Assembly: GCA_046045965.1 (NCBI GenBank) | Contig: JBJOKS010000033.1 | Coordinates: forward strand, 1 to 46,494 | Direction of reading: 5' to 3' | Source of the DNA: Cyanobacteriota bacterium | GTDB lineage: Bacteria; Cyanobacteriota; Cyanobacteriia; Cyanobacteriales; Nostocaceae | DNA: 46,494 nt | Part shown: one piece after another, positions 1 through 10,249 of the stretch | Layout: the number at the start of each line of letters is the position of its first letter | How positions within the stretch are numbered: position 1 is the stretch's first letter | The notes under the pieces: model-generated | Databases searched by the model: none | Seen by the model: the letters and a program-made list of their open reading frames with translations, nothing else | Told to the model about the DNA's origin: nothing | Position numbers and translations under genes: made by a program

Positions 1-250
1 GAAATCCTGATTCAGACAAATAAAACTTTCATCATCAACAAACAATCATCCAAAAACATCCTGTACATCCTAAAATCCTGGAAATCCTGATTCAGACAAA
101 TAAAACTTTCATCATCAACAAACAATCATCCAAAAACATCCTGTACATCCTAAAATCCTGGAAATCCTGATTCAGACAAATAAAACTTTCATCATCAACA
201 AACAATCTAGAAATTCCCATCCTGTACATCCTCAAATCATGAAAATCCTG
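1..250. repeat. 80-bp tandem repeat: 2 exact copies plus a third that diverges after 46 bp; truncated at the window start
   Basis: 1-80 equals 81-160; 161-206 repeats the first 46 bp; core CATCCTGTACATCCTAAAATCCTGGAAATCCTGATTCAGAC. Confidence 0.95.
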
Positions 251-311
251 CTTGCTCAAAAATTAACAAAATATGATATAATAAGTAACCGAAATCCATG
301 AGGATAAAAAA

Positions 312-680
312 ATGTACGATATATACGACAGTGATAAACGCAAATTATTATCAGCCTTATCTCACGGAGCAATTTTTTTCAGCACCACAGTTGTATCCGT
401 TGGTTTACCGATTGCCTTATTAATAATCTCTGATGATCCTGTTGTCAAAGACAACGCTAAAGAATCCATCAATTTCCATTTTAACGTCTGGTTTTATGGC
501 GCAATTTTAGGAAGTTTATTTTTTCTGCTCGGTTGGTTAGTATTACCATTAGTGATATTATTACCATTGGCAGGTTTAGGGTATTTGATACATTGGGGAT
601 TAACAATTTTTGCCCTCATCAAAGTTTTTGCTAATCCTGATACACCCTTCCGTTATCCATTCATCTTCCGAGTTTTTTAA
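312..680 (+). CDS. DUF4870-family small membrane protein
   Basis: LSALSH, NAKESINFHF and C-terminal FRYPFIFR motifs; three hydrophobic segments; GAGG Shine-Dalgarno upstream. Confidence 0.8.
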   Translation: MYDIYDSDKRKLLSALSHGAIFFSTTVVSVGLPIALLIISDDPVVKDNAKESINFHFNVWFYGAILGSLFFLLGWLVLPLVILLPLAGLGYLIHWGLTIFALIKVFANPDTPFRYPFIFRVF

Positions 681-766
681 TAATCATTTTCATTAGGTAT
701 TTATTTCATCAATATATCAGGATACAAAATTAAAAAATTTGGACATTATTCTCACTCCTGACTCCT

Positions 767-839
767 GTACGGTCGAAGCATTCAGGCGATAAATTATTGG
801 TTTTTTCCCAAGTTTATTTTCTGAATGCTTCGCCCCTAC
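767..839. repeat. REP/miniature inverted-repeat element inserted in a GACTCCT STRR tract
   Basis: GTACGGTCGAAGCATTCAG...CTGAATGCTTCGCCCCTAC, a 19-bp IR with 2 mismatches, flanked by ACTCCTG units. Confidence 0.75.
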
Positions 840-1052
840 GACTCCTGAATTCTCACGTGAAGATTATTTTCTCAAAATTATTCGAGGAAAGTGTCAACAA
901 AGCTGTAAAATACAAAATTGCCCCACAGCTTCATGAACAGTAGGGCAAAGACAGTTAAGCACTGTTTCTAGTTTGTCTGAAAGTCACAAGCTAAAATGTG
1001 GCTTTTGTGACGGTTTGTTTTATGTCCATTGCTCTTTTCTTGATAAAAAATT

Positions 1053-2030
1053 ATGTTTCCTACACATCGTCCCCGTCGCTTACGTACCCATCCCCAACTA
1101 CGTCGCATGGTACGTGAAACCGTTTTAACAACCAATGATTTAATTTATCCTTTGTTTGCTGTTCCAGGTGAGAGAATTGCTAATGAAGTAAAATCTATGC
1201 CTGGAGTTTATCAACTTTCGGTAGATAAAATTGTTGAAGAAGCTAAAGAAGTTTATGATTTAGGAATTCCTGCAATTATCTTATTTGGAATTCCTGAAGA
1301 TAAAGATGTAGATGCTACAGGTGCATGGCATGATTGTGGTATTGTCCAAAAAGCAACCACCGCAGTTAAAGAAGCAGTTCCTGATTTAATTGTTATCAAT
1401 GACACTTGTTTGTGTGAATATACAAGTCATGGACATTGTGGTTATTTAACAACTGGTGATTTAACTGGTAGAGTATTAAATGATCCAACTTTGGAATTAT
1501 TGAAGAAAACCGCAGTTTCCCAAGCTAAAGCTGGTGCAGATATTATTGCACCTTCGGGAATGATGGATGGTTTTGTGCAAGCTATTCGTGCAGGTTTGGA
1601 TGAAGCGGGATTTGAAGATATACCCATCATGTCCTATGCTGCAAAATACGCTTCGGCTTATTATGGACCATTCCGGGATGCAGCAGACTCCACACCGCAG
1701 TTTGGCGATCGCCGCACTTACCAAATGGACCCTGGTAACTCCCGTGAAGCTATCAAAGAAATTGAGTTGGATATTGCCGAAGGTGCTGATATGCTGATGG
1801 TAAAGCCGGCTTTGGCATATATGGACATTATTTGGCAGGTGAAGCAAGCTAGTAATTTACCTGTGGCTGCTTATAATGTCTCTGGTGAGTATGCGATGGT
1901 AAAAGCTGCCGCTTTAAATGGTTGGATAGATGAGCAGCGTGTGGTGATGGAAACTTTAACAGGTTTTAAACGCGCTGGTGCTGATCTGATTTTGACCTAC
2001 CATGCTAAAGATGCGGCCAGGTGGTTGTAG
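1053..2030 (+). CDS. hemB: Porphobilinogen synthase (delta-aminolevulinic acid dehydratase)
   Basis: [33 protein letters not shown] and AYNVSGEY motifs. Confidence 0.99.
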   Translation: MFPTHRPRRLRTHPQLRRMVRETVLTTNDLIYPLFAVPGERIANEVKSMPGVYQLSVDKIVEEAKEVYDLGIPAIILFGIPEDKDVDATGAWHDCGIVQKATTAVKEAVPDLIVINDTCLCEYTSHGHCGYLTTGDLTGRVLNDPTLELLKKTAVSQAKAGADIIAPSGMMDGFVQAIRAGLDEAGFEDIPIMSYAAKYASAYYGPFRDAADSTPQFGDRRTYQMDPGNSREAIKEIELDIAEGADMLMVKPALAYMDIIWQVKQASNLPVAAYNVSGEYAMVKAAALNGWIDEQRVVMETLTGFKRAGADLILTYHAKDAARWL

Positions 2031-2135
2031 TATTGTGCCAGTTGTATGTAGAGGCACTATTGATAGTTAATACTTGTGTCTTCTAGTACAATAATTTACT
2101 AGAGGATGCAAGATGAGCTATTTACTAAATAAATC

Positions 2136-2513
2136 ATGGATAGTCACAGTGTCAAACCAGAGTTGAGCGAAACTGCAAAAAGCAGTCCAGAGGAATTAAA
2201 AAATACAACACCGTTTCAAAATACAACCCCATCTAAAAACCTGTTAGTGAAGCATCCTTGGTTATGGTTTGTGGGGTTGTTAGGAATTCCCCTGGGAGTA
2301 GGAATATTTGCGTATTATCAACTAATTTATACTGGCTATGTGCCAAAAATAGAACCAGAAAAACCCATAGAAGTAGTCACAGAGGAAGCAAACACAATAT
2401 CCTCTAATAGCAGTAATCCTACACCATTATGGTTGATGATGGCGATCGCTCTGAGTTGTGCATCTGGTTGCTGGGTTATTTATCGCTTACTCAAACTTCC
2501 CCAACGGGTTTAA
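2136..2513 (+). CDS. Hypothetical two-TM membrane protein
   Basis: 125-aa ORF with two hydrophobic helices and a HIP1 site inside. Confidence 0.7.
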   Translation: MDSHSVKPELSETAKSSPEELKNTTPFQNTTPSKNLLVKHPWLWFVGLLGIPLGVGIFAYYQLIYTGYVPKIEPEKPIEVVTEEANTISSNSSNPTPLWLMMAIALSCASGCWVIYRLLKLPQRV

Positions 2514-3003
2514 ATTAATTTAAAAATTAATTAGGTAACAGGTAACAAGGAGCAAAGGGAGAATAACAACTGATAATTAATAATTGATAAAAGTGCCAAC
2601 TTGGCAACCAATCGGTAAAAGACCCAGTTAAATTATTAAAAGATAAACGATTTTAAGGGTGTTGTTATCAGGGTCTACTAAATGAATAGTTTAATCTTAA
2701 AATGGCTCTTTAACAAGTCTTTTTTAGGAACAGACAAAGCAATATATTCACAATTTTCTGGACTATTAGTTCAGCAAAATAATAATAATAAATCAGGTTT
2801 GACATTTGCTGCAACAGGAATATTTACGGCATATAGGCGCTGTCGTTGAAGTACAATTTAGCCCCCCTAAATAACGGGTAGCGTCTGTAAATACATATTC
2901 CTGAACGCCCCAGCAGCAAATGTAGAGTGGGAGGTAAAAGGCGCTTGGTATGTCTTCTCCCACTCTTCTTTTATTGGTAATTGGTAATTGGGTAAATAAT
3001 AGT

Positions 3004-3939
3004 TTAACAGAAATTGGTATCTTGTAAAAATTTAATAATTTCTGCATTTACTATTTTATAAGCCCCAGTTGATGCGTCATGATAGCAGTTATCCAGAATT
3101 TTAAACTGGGAATTTGGTAAATGTTGATGTAATTTTTCACCGTGACTAATAGGAAACCAACTATCTTTATCACCCCATAAAATTAGAGTTTGACATTCAA
3201 TAGCACTGAGATTATTTTGAATTTCAGTCAGCATATTGGGTTTTTTAGCTTGTAAATTCTCAATTTCTTTTACTGCTATTTGCAACTCTTCCGCAACTTT
3301 CACTAAAGTTCCTGGAATTTCAATAAACGGGTAAGTTATCCAATAAACATCTTCTGGGGTGAGAATAGAAGGGTCAAATAACACCTTCCGTCTTTCCATA
3401 GCCATTACTTCTTTAACTATAGGTGCAAACACATAAGCTAGACGTAAATAGTCAATTGTATGTATGACTTCCAGAGGTGTTTGTGCCAATATTCCCATTG
3501 CCCAATGTGGTAATTTATCAGTAAAAATTGGCGCATTCATAACTACTAAACGCCCAATTAAGCGGGGATATTTTGCAGCTAAAGCTAAAGAAACTAATGC
3601 ACCTAAAGACTCGGCAACAATAACAGGTGGTTCATCACATAAAGCCTCAATAATTCGTTCTAACTCAATTACTTGATGACCATTTTCTTCTCGACGTGAT
3701 AGAGGTTTTTCAGAAAAACCATAGCCTTTAGCATCAAAACAAATAACTCGAAAATATTTAGATAATGGGTTGATACAATGCCGCCAATTATAACTCCAAC
3801 TTCCCAAACCATGTAATAAAATTAGCGGTTTACCCGTACCTTTTTCGCCATAAGCAATTTGTACAGGATATCCATTAGCATCAGTAATAATCAGATTTTG
3901 CCGACCTTTGGGAAAGTTAAGTTGCCACCAATCTTGCAT
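3004..3939 (-). CDS. Alpha/beta-fold hydrolase
   Basis: LLHGLG oxyanion motif, AESLG nucleophile elbow, WGDKD, and catalytic H in CYHD. Confidence 0.92.
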   Translation of the reverse strand: MQDWWQLNFPKGRQNLIITDANGYPVQIAYGEKGTGKPLILLHGLGSWSYNWRHCINPLSKYFRVICFDAKGYGFSEKPLSRREENGHQVIELERIIEALCDEPPVIVAESLGALVSLALAAKYPRLIGRLVVMNAPIFTDKLPHWAMGILAQTPLEVIHTIDYLRLAYVFAPIVKEVMAMERRKVLFDPSILTPEDVYWITYPFIEIPGTLVKVAEELQIAVKEIENLQAKKPNMLTEIQNNLSAIECQTLILWGDKDSWFPISHGEKLHQHLPNSQFKILDNCYHDASTGAYKIVNAEIIKFLQDTNFC

Positions 3940-3965
3940 TTTTTTGTTTAATTATATAATGTGAT

Positions 3966-4469
3966 TTAACCGCCTATTAAGGCTTTCCAGAGTATTCCTA
4001 TTAGTATCACAGGTAATGCTATTAAGACAATGGCAAGTAAAAACAAACCAGCGAAAAGAGCAATTATAAAACCCTGATCCGCTTTCTTTTTTTCACCAGG
4101 AGATTTTAAGTAATCTTCTAATAAAATCAAGTTATAATTATTTGCTTTCCAGGCAACATCAAAGAAGTCTCCCAACATGGGGATAGCACCGACTAAGGCA
4201 TCAATGATAATATTTACAATCATTCTACCCAAACTTGCTTTTGACACACCAAGCCGCGCTGATTCGATGATAATGTAAATAGAAAATATCAATCCTAAAA
4301 CATCACCACCAACAGGTATTAATCCCAAAATCGGATCTAAACCAATACCTACTTGAGTTCCAGGAATGGTAATAGCATTATCTAACAGTCTACTAATTTG
4401 ACGTAGACGCTTTAATGTTGGTGCATAACTATCAGATTCAAGGTAAATTTTATTTTGGGAATTAGACAT
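3966..4469 (-). CDS. DUF4112 domain membrane protein
   Basis: LLDNAITIPGT..GLDPILGLIP.GGD and GD.FDVAWKAN motifs. Confidence 0.9.
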   Translation of the reverse strand: MSNSQNKIYLESDSYAPTLKRLRQISRLLDNAITIPGTQVGIGLDPILGLIPVGGDVLGLIFSIYIIIESARLGVSKASLGRMIVNIIIDALVGAIPMLGDFFDVAWKANNYNLILLEDYLKSPGEKKKADQGFIIALFAGLFLLAIVLIALPVILIGILWKALIGG

Positions 4470-4472
4470 TTT

Positions 4473-4517
4473 TTGGTAATTGGTAATTGGTAATTGGTAA
4501 TTGGTAATTGGTAATTG
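4473..4517. repeat. STRR heptamer (TTGGTAA)x6
   Basis: Read directly. Confidence 0.95.
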
Positions 4518-4519
4518 TG

Positions 4520-5416
4520 TTATTTACCTCCCCTTGTTCCCTGTTCCCTATTTTTTATAGATTCACCGACAATTACATTTAACTGGTTGCCAACAAGGAG
4601 AACAAAGGCACTCATCCACAACCACAACATTAATACTATAAAAGTTCCCACTGTACCGTAAACTTTATTATAATTTCCAAAGTTGGTAACATAAAGACGA
4701 AACAAAGCAGAAACTAGCGCCCAAAATATGGCTGCTAAAATTGCTCCTGGTATCAATGGTATACCGGGTTTCCATACGCTTGGTCCATAACGATAAACTA
4801 AGCTAAAAGTGGCAGCAACAATAATTAAAGCTAAAGGCCAAAGTAGCAGTTGCCAAAGAGGTAATAAGAATGCTAAATAAGAATTTCTACTAACCACCAT
4901 TCCTAAAAGTAAATCGCTAATAAATACTAGGAAAGAAGCCAGCAATAAAAGTAATATAGTACCAATTGTTAAGCCTAGAGAAATGAGTTTAGATTTCCAA
5001 AAGGGGCGGGTATTTTCTGGGGGAATTTGTTCAATTTGATCAAAAGCAGTCATGGCGGTACTGACTGCACCAGAAGCTGTCCAAATAGCAATAATAAAAC
5101 TGACAGAAAACAAACCTCTATTTTTCGACTCGGCAATTTCTTTAGTAGCAAATTCACTAATTAAATTCCATGCTTCTTCGGGTACAATCTGACTCAGTTG
5201 TACTGTGAGTTGAATAAAGGTGTTTTGCAAAGATTCAGCTACCAAGCCAATAGCTGTTAACACTGCTAAAATTGCCGGAAATAGCGATAACATGGCATTA
5301 AAAGCAATTTCTGAAGCCAGTCCTAAAAGTCTTCTTTCCATAGTCCTGGCAAATGTTTTTTTAACTGTACGCCAATTCAGGTGGCGAAAGAATCTGATCC
5401 AGCGATGTTTAAACAT
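4520..5416 (-). CDS. YihY/virulence factor BrkB family membrane protein
   Basis: LASEIAF..LSLFP, WTAS, YRYGP and YNKVYGTVG motifs. Confidence 0.92.
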   Translation of the reverse strand: MFKHRWIRFFRHLNWRTVKKTFARTMERRLLGLASEIAFNAMLSLFPAILAVLTAIGLVAESLQNTFIQLTVQLSQIVPEEAWNLISEFATKEIAESKNRGLFSVSFIIAIWTASGAVSTAMTAFDQIEQIPPENTRPFWKSKLISLGLTIGTILLLLLASFLVFISDLLLGMVVSRNSYLAFLLPLWQLLLWPLALIIVAATFSLVYRYGPSVWKPGIPLIPGAILAAIFWALVSALFRLYVTNFGNYNKVYGTVGTFIVLMLWLWMSAFVLLVGNQLNVIVGESIKNREQGTRGGK

Positions 5417-5417
5417 A

Positions 5418-7178
5418 TCAGCGCGGGTTTTGTAGAGTTTCCATTGGTGGTTTACTCAGTGATTTTACTGTAAGCTTAAGTTTTGCATTACTTTGAGTTT
5501 CTGTTCCTATTTGGGTGTTTATCCTATCATTACTAATTTGCCATTTTAATTGTAGATATTTTGTAATGGCTTGCGATCGCTCTTGAATAATATCCTGTGT
5601 TTCAGTTATTTCCTGGTTAACTGTCACTTCCAGATTCAAATTAGGCTGTTGCTGCAAAATTTGACCAGCAGAATCTAACAACTTGGTATTATTTGGTGTT
5701 AAAATTGATTTATCTCTGGCAAAAGATATAGTCCCTAAAGAAGTGCTTATTCTCTGCATAGTGACTTTAGCAGATTGGTAATTCAGGTTATTTTTAATAT
5801 TATTTGCTAGAATAAATTGAGCATCTCTATCAATATCTCTCTCACTCAGATAGACTAACCGAACCCTTAATGGTTCAACGGGACTAGTAATTAACTGGTA
5901 ATCAATTAATATAGCTGGATTAGGAAGTTGGATATCTCTTAAAGCAGATTCAACTTCTTGGAGAAAATTTGCTTGCAACTGAGCAATATTAATCACTGGA
6001 TCAGAAGGTTTTTCTTCAGCTATTTGGCGTAAAAGTTCATTTGATGCTGTAGGAATTTCAATCAATTTTAATCCTAATAATTCTGATGGTTTATTTAAAC
6101 GTTCTGCTAACATTTGAATATAGCTCTTTTGTTCTTCAGATGTATATTCTTTACTGCTAAATACCTGAAGTTGAATTGTTAATTTATTGTTTTTCTGAGA
6201 AGTAGAAATACTACTGATATAAGAACGGGTTTCACCATTAGGAAAAGTTGCAAAGGTTTTCTGCCATACTTCTGTAGCTGCTCCTCGAATTTGATTTTCC
6301 TGTTGCTGCAAAGCAATTTCTCGGCGGAGTTGGATCAAAGATTGATTCAGTGGGAAAATAATCACACCAATGGTACTAAAAATTAACAAAAATCTTCCTG
6401 GCAAACTTCCAATTTTTCTGATCTTATTGTATGCAGGTAATTGTTCTAAAATATGCTGCATCCACAAACTTTCTTTATCTGTTGCTCGCCATTCCTTAAC
6501 TTTTGCTCTCACCTGATCATTATCAATATGCAGACTTAAAAAAACCAGCATAGCTGTAAAAGTAATTGCTACTAAGTTGGTAAAAAATAGTAATCCCCCA
6601 CCACTAGCTACTTGCAAACCTTTAACAGAATCTAGACTGATTGCTATACCAACACCATAACCGACAACACATAAGGGTGGCATTAAAGCCACTGCGATCG
6701 CCACACCAGGAATTGAAGTTGCTACTCCTTTTGGTTCTTTACAAATTGCCACTGAACCCACTGCACCGGAAAATAAAGCAACTACCAAATCTAAAATATT
6801 GGGACGAATTCTAGCGGCAATTTCGCTAGTCATTTCTTTAAATGGTAGCAAAGATACTAATAGCACTGCAAAGGAAATGGCTACTACGCAACTCAGAATC
6901 AGATTGAAAAGCGCCCGCATAGCTAAAATGACATCACCCGCTGCTAGTGCGAGTCCATTGGCTAAAATACCCCCCATTAAGGGAGAAATTAGCATTGCCC
7001 CAATAATTACGGCTGGACTGTTCAGCACTAATCCCAGGGTAGCAATACCAGCTGCAAACAAAACCTGAATCCAATAACTGACATCTTCAAGGGTTACGGA
7101 TTTGCATATATCAAGGTATACTTGTTCCTTGCGGGCTTGACTAATTCCCAAGTTGTTTGCAAACTTATCTCTAAACAT
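5418..7178 (-). CDS. DUF389 membrane protein with long soluble C-terminus ending in a degenerate OmpA-like domain
   Basis: NSPAVIIGAMLISPLMG and PGVAIAVALMPPL motifs; C-terminal ISFARDKS..ERSQAITKYL. Confidence 0.88.
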   Translation of the reverse strand: MFRDKFANNLGISQARKEQVYLDICKSVTLEDVSYWIQVLFAAGIATLGLVLNSPAVIIGAMLISPLMGGILANGLALAAGDVILAMRALFNLILSCVVAISFAVLLVSLLPFKEMTSEIAARIRPNILDLVVALFSGAVGSVAICKEPKGVATSIPGVAIAVALMPPLCVVGYGVGIAISLDSVKGLQVASGGGLLFFTNLVAITFTAMLVFLSLHIDNDQVRAKVKEWRATDKESLWMQHILEQLPAYNKIRKIGSLPGRFLLIFSTIGVIIFPLNQSLIQLRREIALQQQENQIRGAATEVWQKTFATFPNGETRSYISSISTSQKNNKLTIQLQVFSSKEYTSEEQKSYIQMLAERLNKPSELLGLKLIEIPTASNELLRQIAEEKPSDPVINIAQLQANFLQEVESALRDIQLPNPAILIDYQLITSPVEPLRVRLVYLSERDIDRDAQFILANNIKNNLNYQSAKVTMQRISTSLGTISFARDKSILTPNNTKLLDSAGQILQQQPNLNLEVTVNQEITETQDIIQERSQAITKYLQLKWQISNDRINTQIGTETQSNAKLKLTVKSLSKPPMETLQNPR

Positions 7179-7295
7179 ATTTCAGTGTTGATAAGAGTCT
7201 ACTTTCACTGTCAATATATAGCAGTGAATAGGGAATAGGGAACAGGGAACAGGGGTAGATGCGGTTTTACCTAAAAATTAATACAAAAACTTTCT

Positions 7296-7778
7296 ATGAC
7301 TCAAGATTTAACACAAAAATGGTTAACTGAAATTCAAGCCTTGAAACAGCAGATAGCTGAACTGCAACAAAAACATGATCAGGCTTGGGAAAGTTCACAA
7401 AAATGGCGACAACTCTATAATACCGAATCAGAACAACGTCGCGCAGATGCCAAAATGTACCAACAAGAGATCGCATCTGTAAAAGCTGAACTTTGGAAAA
7501 TCCAGGGTATAAACGCCGATAACCTTGCTGAAACTACTAGAACGAGAATTGAGCCAGAATTAACAGAACTATCTTCTGTAGAGGAATTAAAAGCTAAACT
7601 GATGGCGATTACGCAAGAACGCGATCGCCTCATTCAAGCCTTGAAAACAGAACAGGAAAATCATGCCCAAACTCGCAACAATCTTACTACTGCTTTAGGT
7701 GATGCTATTGATAGTTTGGCACAGCTGAGAGCCAAAGAAGAACTATCTACAGATCAGTCAGTGAACGATGAACAGTGA
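7296..7778 (+). CDS. Hypothetical coiled-coil protein
   Basis: Heptad-rich 160-aa ORF containing HIP1. Confidence 0.8.
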   Translation: MTQDLTQKWLTEIQALKQQIAELQQKHDQAWESSQKWRQLYNTESEQRRADAKMYQQEIASVKAELWKIQGINADNLAETTRTRIEPELTELSSVEELKAKLMAITQERDRLIQALKTEQENHAQTRNNLTTALGDAIDSLAQLRAKEELSTDQSVNDEQ

Positions 7779-7949
7779 ACGTTTCAGATCAGTGCAAGAT
7801 TTCAGTTCAGAACGCCCACTTCACAGCAAAGCTGATCTCTATTTTCCACAACTGCATTGATCAACTTGTGTTAAGTTGTATTGCAATTTACTTGTCATAC
7901 TTCAATTCATTGGTGTTTAATTATATCATCCTCATCGGGAAAGTACATA

Positions 7950-8387
7950 ATGAGTAAACCTTTGTTAGCTGCTATTTTAGTCGCTGCTAATAACTGTCCT
8001 TTAGTCAGTGTGGCTGGTAATTATACCCTAGATTTAAAAACAGAGTCAGCTACAGTTTGGAGTGATAGCCCTAATTCTGGATGCCGCAGCAATGGTTTTA
8101 TTGCAGGTTTGAGTATCCAACCAGATGGACTAATGGCAGGTGATCGTAGATACTCTCTAATTTGGATTAATCCAAGTGGTACTCGATTCCATACGGAATC
8201 AACCTTTGGTGGTCGTGTAGAACCGGGATCTGAACCCATGCAGTGGGTTGGAAGTGTTCGTGATGTCGAAATGAAGGGAACTTGGCGCAGGGGACAATTA
8301 TCTGGTGAATTTATCCGACGTTTTGTATATGACGGTAAGCAGATTGAATGTCGTGGCAAAGTTAGTGGTTTTAAAATAGGTAAGTAG
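7950..8387 (+). CDS. Hypothetical, probably exported beta-rich protein
   Basis: ATG at 7950 gives the signal-like N-terminus MSKPLLAAILVAA; the ORF track extends to 7881. Confidence 0.7.
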   Translation: MSKPLLAAILVAANNCPLVSVAGNYTLDLKTESATVWSDSPNSGCRSNGFIAGLSIQPDGLMAGDRRYSLIWINPSGTRFHTESTFGGRVEPGSEPMQWVGSVRDVEMKGTWRRGQLSGEFIRRFVYDGKQIECRGKVSGFKIGK

Positions 8388-8440
8388 CTGATCTATCAAT
8401 AAACTAAAAAAGCACCTACAGTTCACTCAGTGAAGAGATT

Positions 8441-9454
8441 ATGAAAACTATTGCCACCAAAAATTTGCCCAAAATTATTAGACTCGTCATGCCATTAACT
8501 ATTTTATTATTAGTAGCTGGTTGTGGGCAAAGTGAGTCTTCTAAAAAAACGGCAGTGCTTAATACTAACCCGGCAACTGAATCTACAACTGCATCTAATT
8601 CTTCCCAAGAAACAACCGGAAATCAAAATTGTCCTCAACAGTTTGATTTTGGTATTCCTAAATCGGCAGGTGTTCCTCGTGAAGTTGTAGGACTACCCCT
8701 GGGAGCATCACTAGAACCTGTGCTTAATTTTTTCAAATGTTATCAAGAAGGTTCAATCATTAACATCGAACCTAAATTTGCTGATGTAGATACCAATAAC
8801 ACAGCAACCCGTGGACTGATAGAAGCCTACTATGGCTTCCGTAAGAAAACCACACAAGAAATGTTTGATGATGCAGAAACAGAAAGAAGAAATCCACAAG
8901 GTTCTGCAAGTCAGATAGCCATCAGATCACTTTCTCAAAGAGTCGGAGGACCAGATACCTATAAACAAATTGCCCCAACAGCAGAATATTTTGCCATTGG
9001 TGCTGTAGGAATGCTAGGACAAGAAAAGGTAGTACAAGTTGAAAGAACTCAGTCATTTCAAGAAGGCTCTCGACCTGCGGTTTCTGACCTGACAACAGCG
9101 TTAAATCAAAAGTATGGTCAATCACAAGGAGAAGATAAAACTAGCCGCTATACTAAATTAATTTGGTCACTTGATCAGTCAGGTCAAGTCCTAGCTAAAG
9201 CAGATCCTCGTTTGTTAGAGTGTAGTTCCGTAGAAGGATCTTGGAAATCAACCTGTGGACTAACTATTGTTGCTTTAATTTATAATTCAGAACAAGATGC
9301 TGCTTTAGCAGAGCAAGTAGTTGTCAAAATGACCGACCAAGCAGCAACCATTAATGCAATTGAAGCCTTTAAGCAACAACTAGCATCAGCCCAGTCTGAG
9401 AAAACTAAAGCAGAGATAGAACAAACCCGTCAATCTGGTACACCTAAGTTTTAA
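8441..9454 (+). CDS. Hypothetical lipoprotein
   Basis: Signal peptide with lipobox LVAG-C, then an S/T-rich linker. Confidence 0.8.
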   Translation: MKTIATKNLPKIIRLVMPLTILLLVAGCGQSESSKKTAVLNTNPATESTTASNSSQETTGNQNCPQQFDFGIPKSAGVPREVVGLPLGASLEPVLNFFKCYQEGSIINIEPKFADVDTNNTATRGLIEAYYGFRKKTTQEMFDDAETERRNPQGSASQIAIRSLSQRVGGPDTYKQIAPTAEYFAIGAVGMLGQEKVVQVERTQSFQEGSRPAVSDLTTALNQKYGQSQGEDKTSRYTKLIWSLDQSGQVLAKADPRLLECSSVEGSWKSTCGLTIVALIYNSEQDAALAEQVVVKMTDQAATINAIEAFKQQLASAQSEKTKAEIEQTRQSGTPKF

Positions 9455-10191
9455 TGCTGATCATGCGTATTCTTCCTGTGGTCATTTGTGCTTGTGTACT
9501 CGCTGCTTGCAGCACCAAATCTAATGAAGTAGCATCCACAATTTCACCCACTCCACAAACCCCAATTCCCAATATCACAACTTCTGCTGCAACGCCAGAT
9601 TTATCCACAACCACATCTTCTACATCCAGTACCCGAACTAAAGTTGCCAGTGACCCGACATCACGGAATCTTGCTGATATAGCCTCTAATTGGCTCAATC
9701 AACCTGTAGACATTGAACAAGAGGTAGAGAATAGTTTTAAATATCGTAACTCTAACGATTTTGACCGCCCAAAAATTAAAGAGCAATTAACTCAAGCTGT
9801 CCAGACACGAATTGCATCAATGCAAGATATTGGTGTAATTGAATTTAATATCAGCCTTGGTGCAACAAATTACGATGTAGATAATCAAGTTTTCTATCTT
9901 GAACCTTTCAGTCCAGGACGCTACTTTAAAATGGAGAATGTCTACGGGGATACATCAGCACCTCCGAGTATGGTTGCATTTACAAATAGTGAACAGTTTT
10001 ATCGTTTATCAATTCCAGCAGATCGTGCCAAGGAGATGATCCAATTCGACAATAAACCTAGTCAAGCCCGTGTTACAGCCCGCATTGATAAAGTAACACC
10101 ACTTTCACCAGGTTTCAAATTTGAAACTTCCCTCACAAGAGTGCTGATATATGACAAAAAAGGTTCAATTTTAGTAGACAAGACCTTATGA
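9454..10191 (+). CDS. Hypothetical lipoprotein, possibly DUF4852-like
   Basis: Lipobox LAA-C, S/T/P linker, Y.N.NDFDR and NYDVDNQVF motifs; TAATG stop/start overlap with the upstream gene. Confidence 0.75.
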   Translation: MLIMRILPVVICACVLAACSTKSNEVASTISPTPQTPIPNITTSAATPDLSTTTSSTSSTRTKVASDPTSRNLADIASNWLNQPVDIEQEVENSFKYRNSNDFDRPKIKEQLTQAVQTRIASMQDIGVIEFNISLGATNYDVDNQVFYLEPFSPGRYFKMENVYGDTSAPPSMVAFTNSEQFYRLSIPADRAKEMIQFDNKPSQARVTARIDKVTPLSPGFKFETSLTRVLIYDKKGSILVDKTL

Positions 10192-10249
10192 AAAATTGGA
10201 TTGATTAATTTAACATAGAATCAATCTTTAATTATTAGGTATCAATAAA

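Noticed and set aside
1..250. CRISPR array
   Set aside because: The would-be spacers are identical, the repeat is not CRISPR-like, and no cas genes are present; it is a plain tandem repeat.
1442..1847. Antisense/alternate-frame ORFs in hemB (likewise in thrC, ispH, amtB, the kinase, vte1, LLM, cysK and the primase)
   Set aside because: Shadow ORFs of strongly supported genes, with no recognisable motifs.
2793..3047. 84-aa ORF
   Set aside because: Overlaps the hydrolase 3' end and an STRR tract; no recognisable features.
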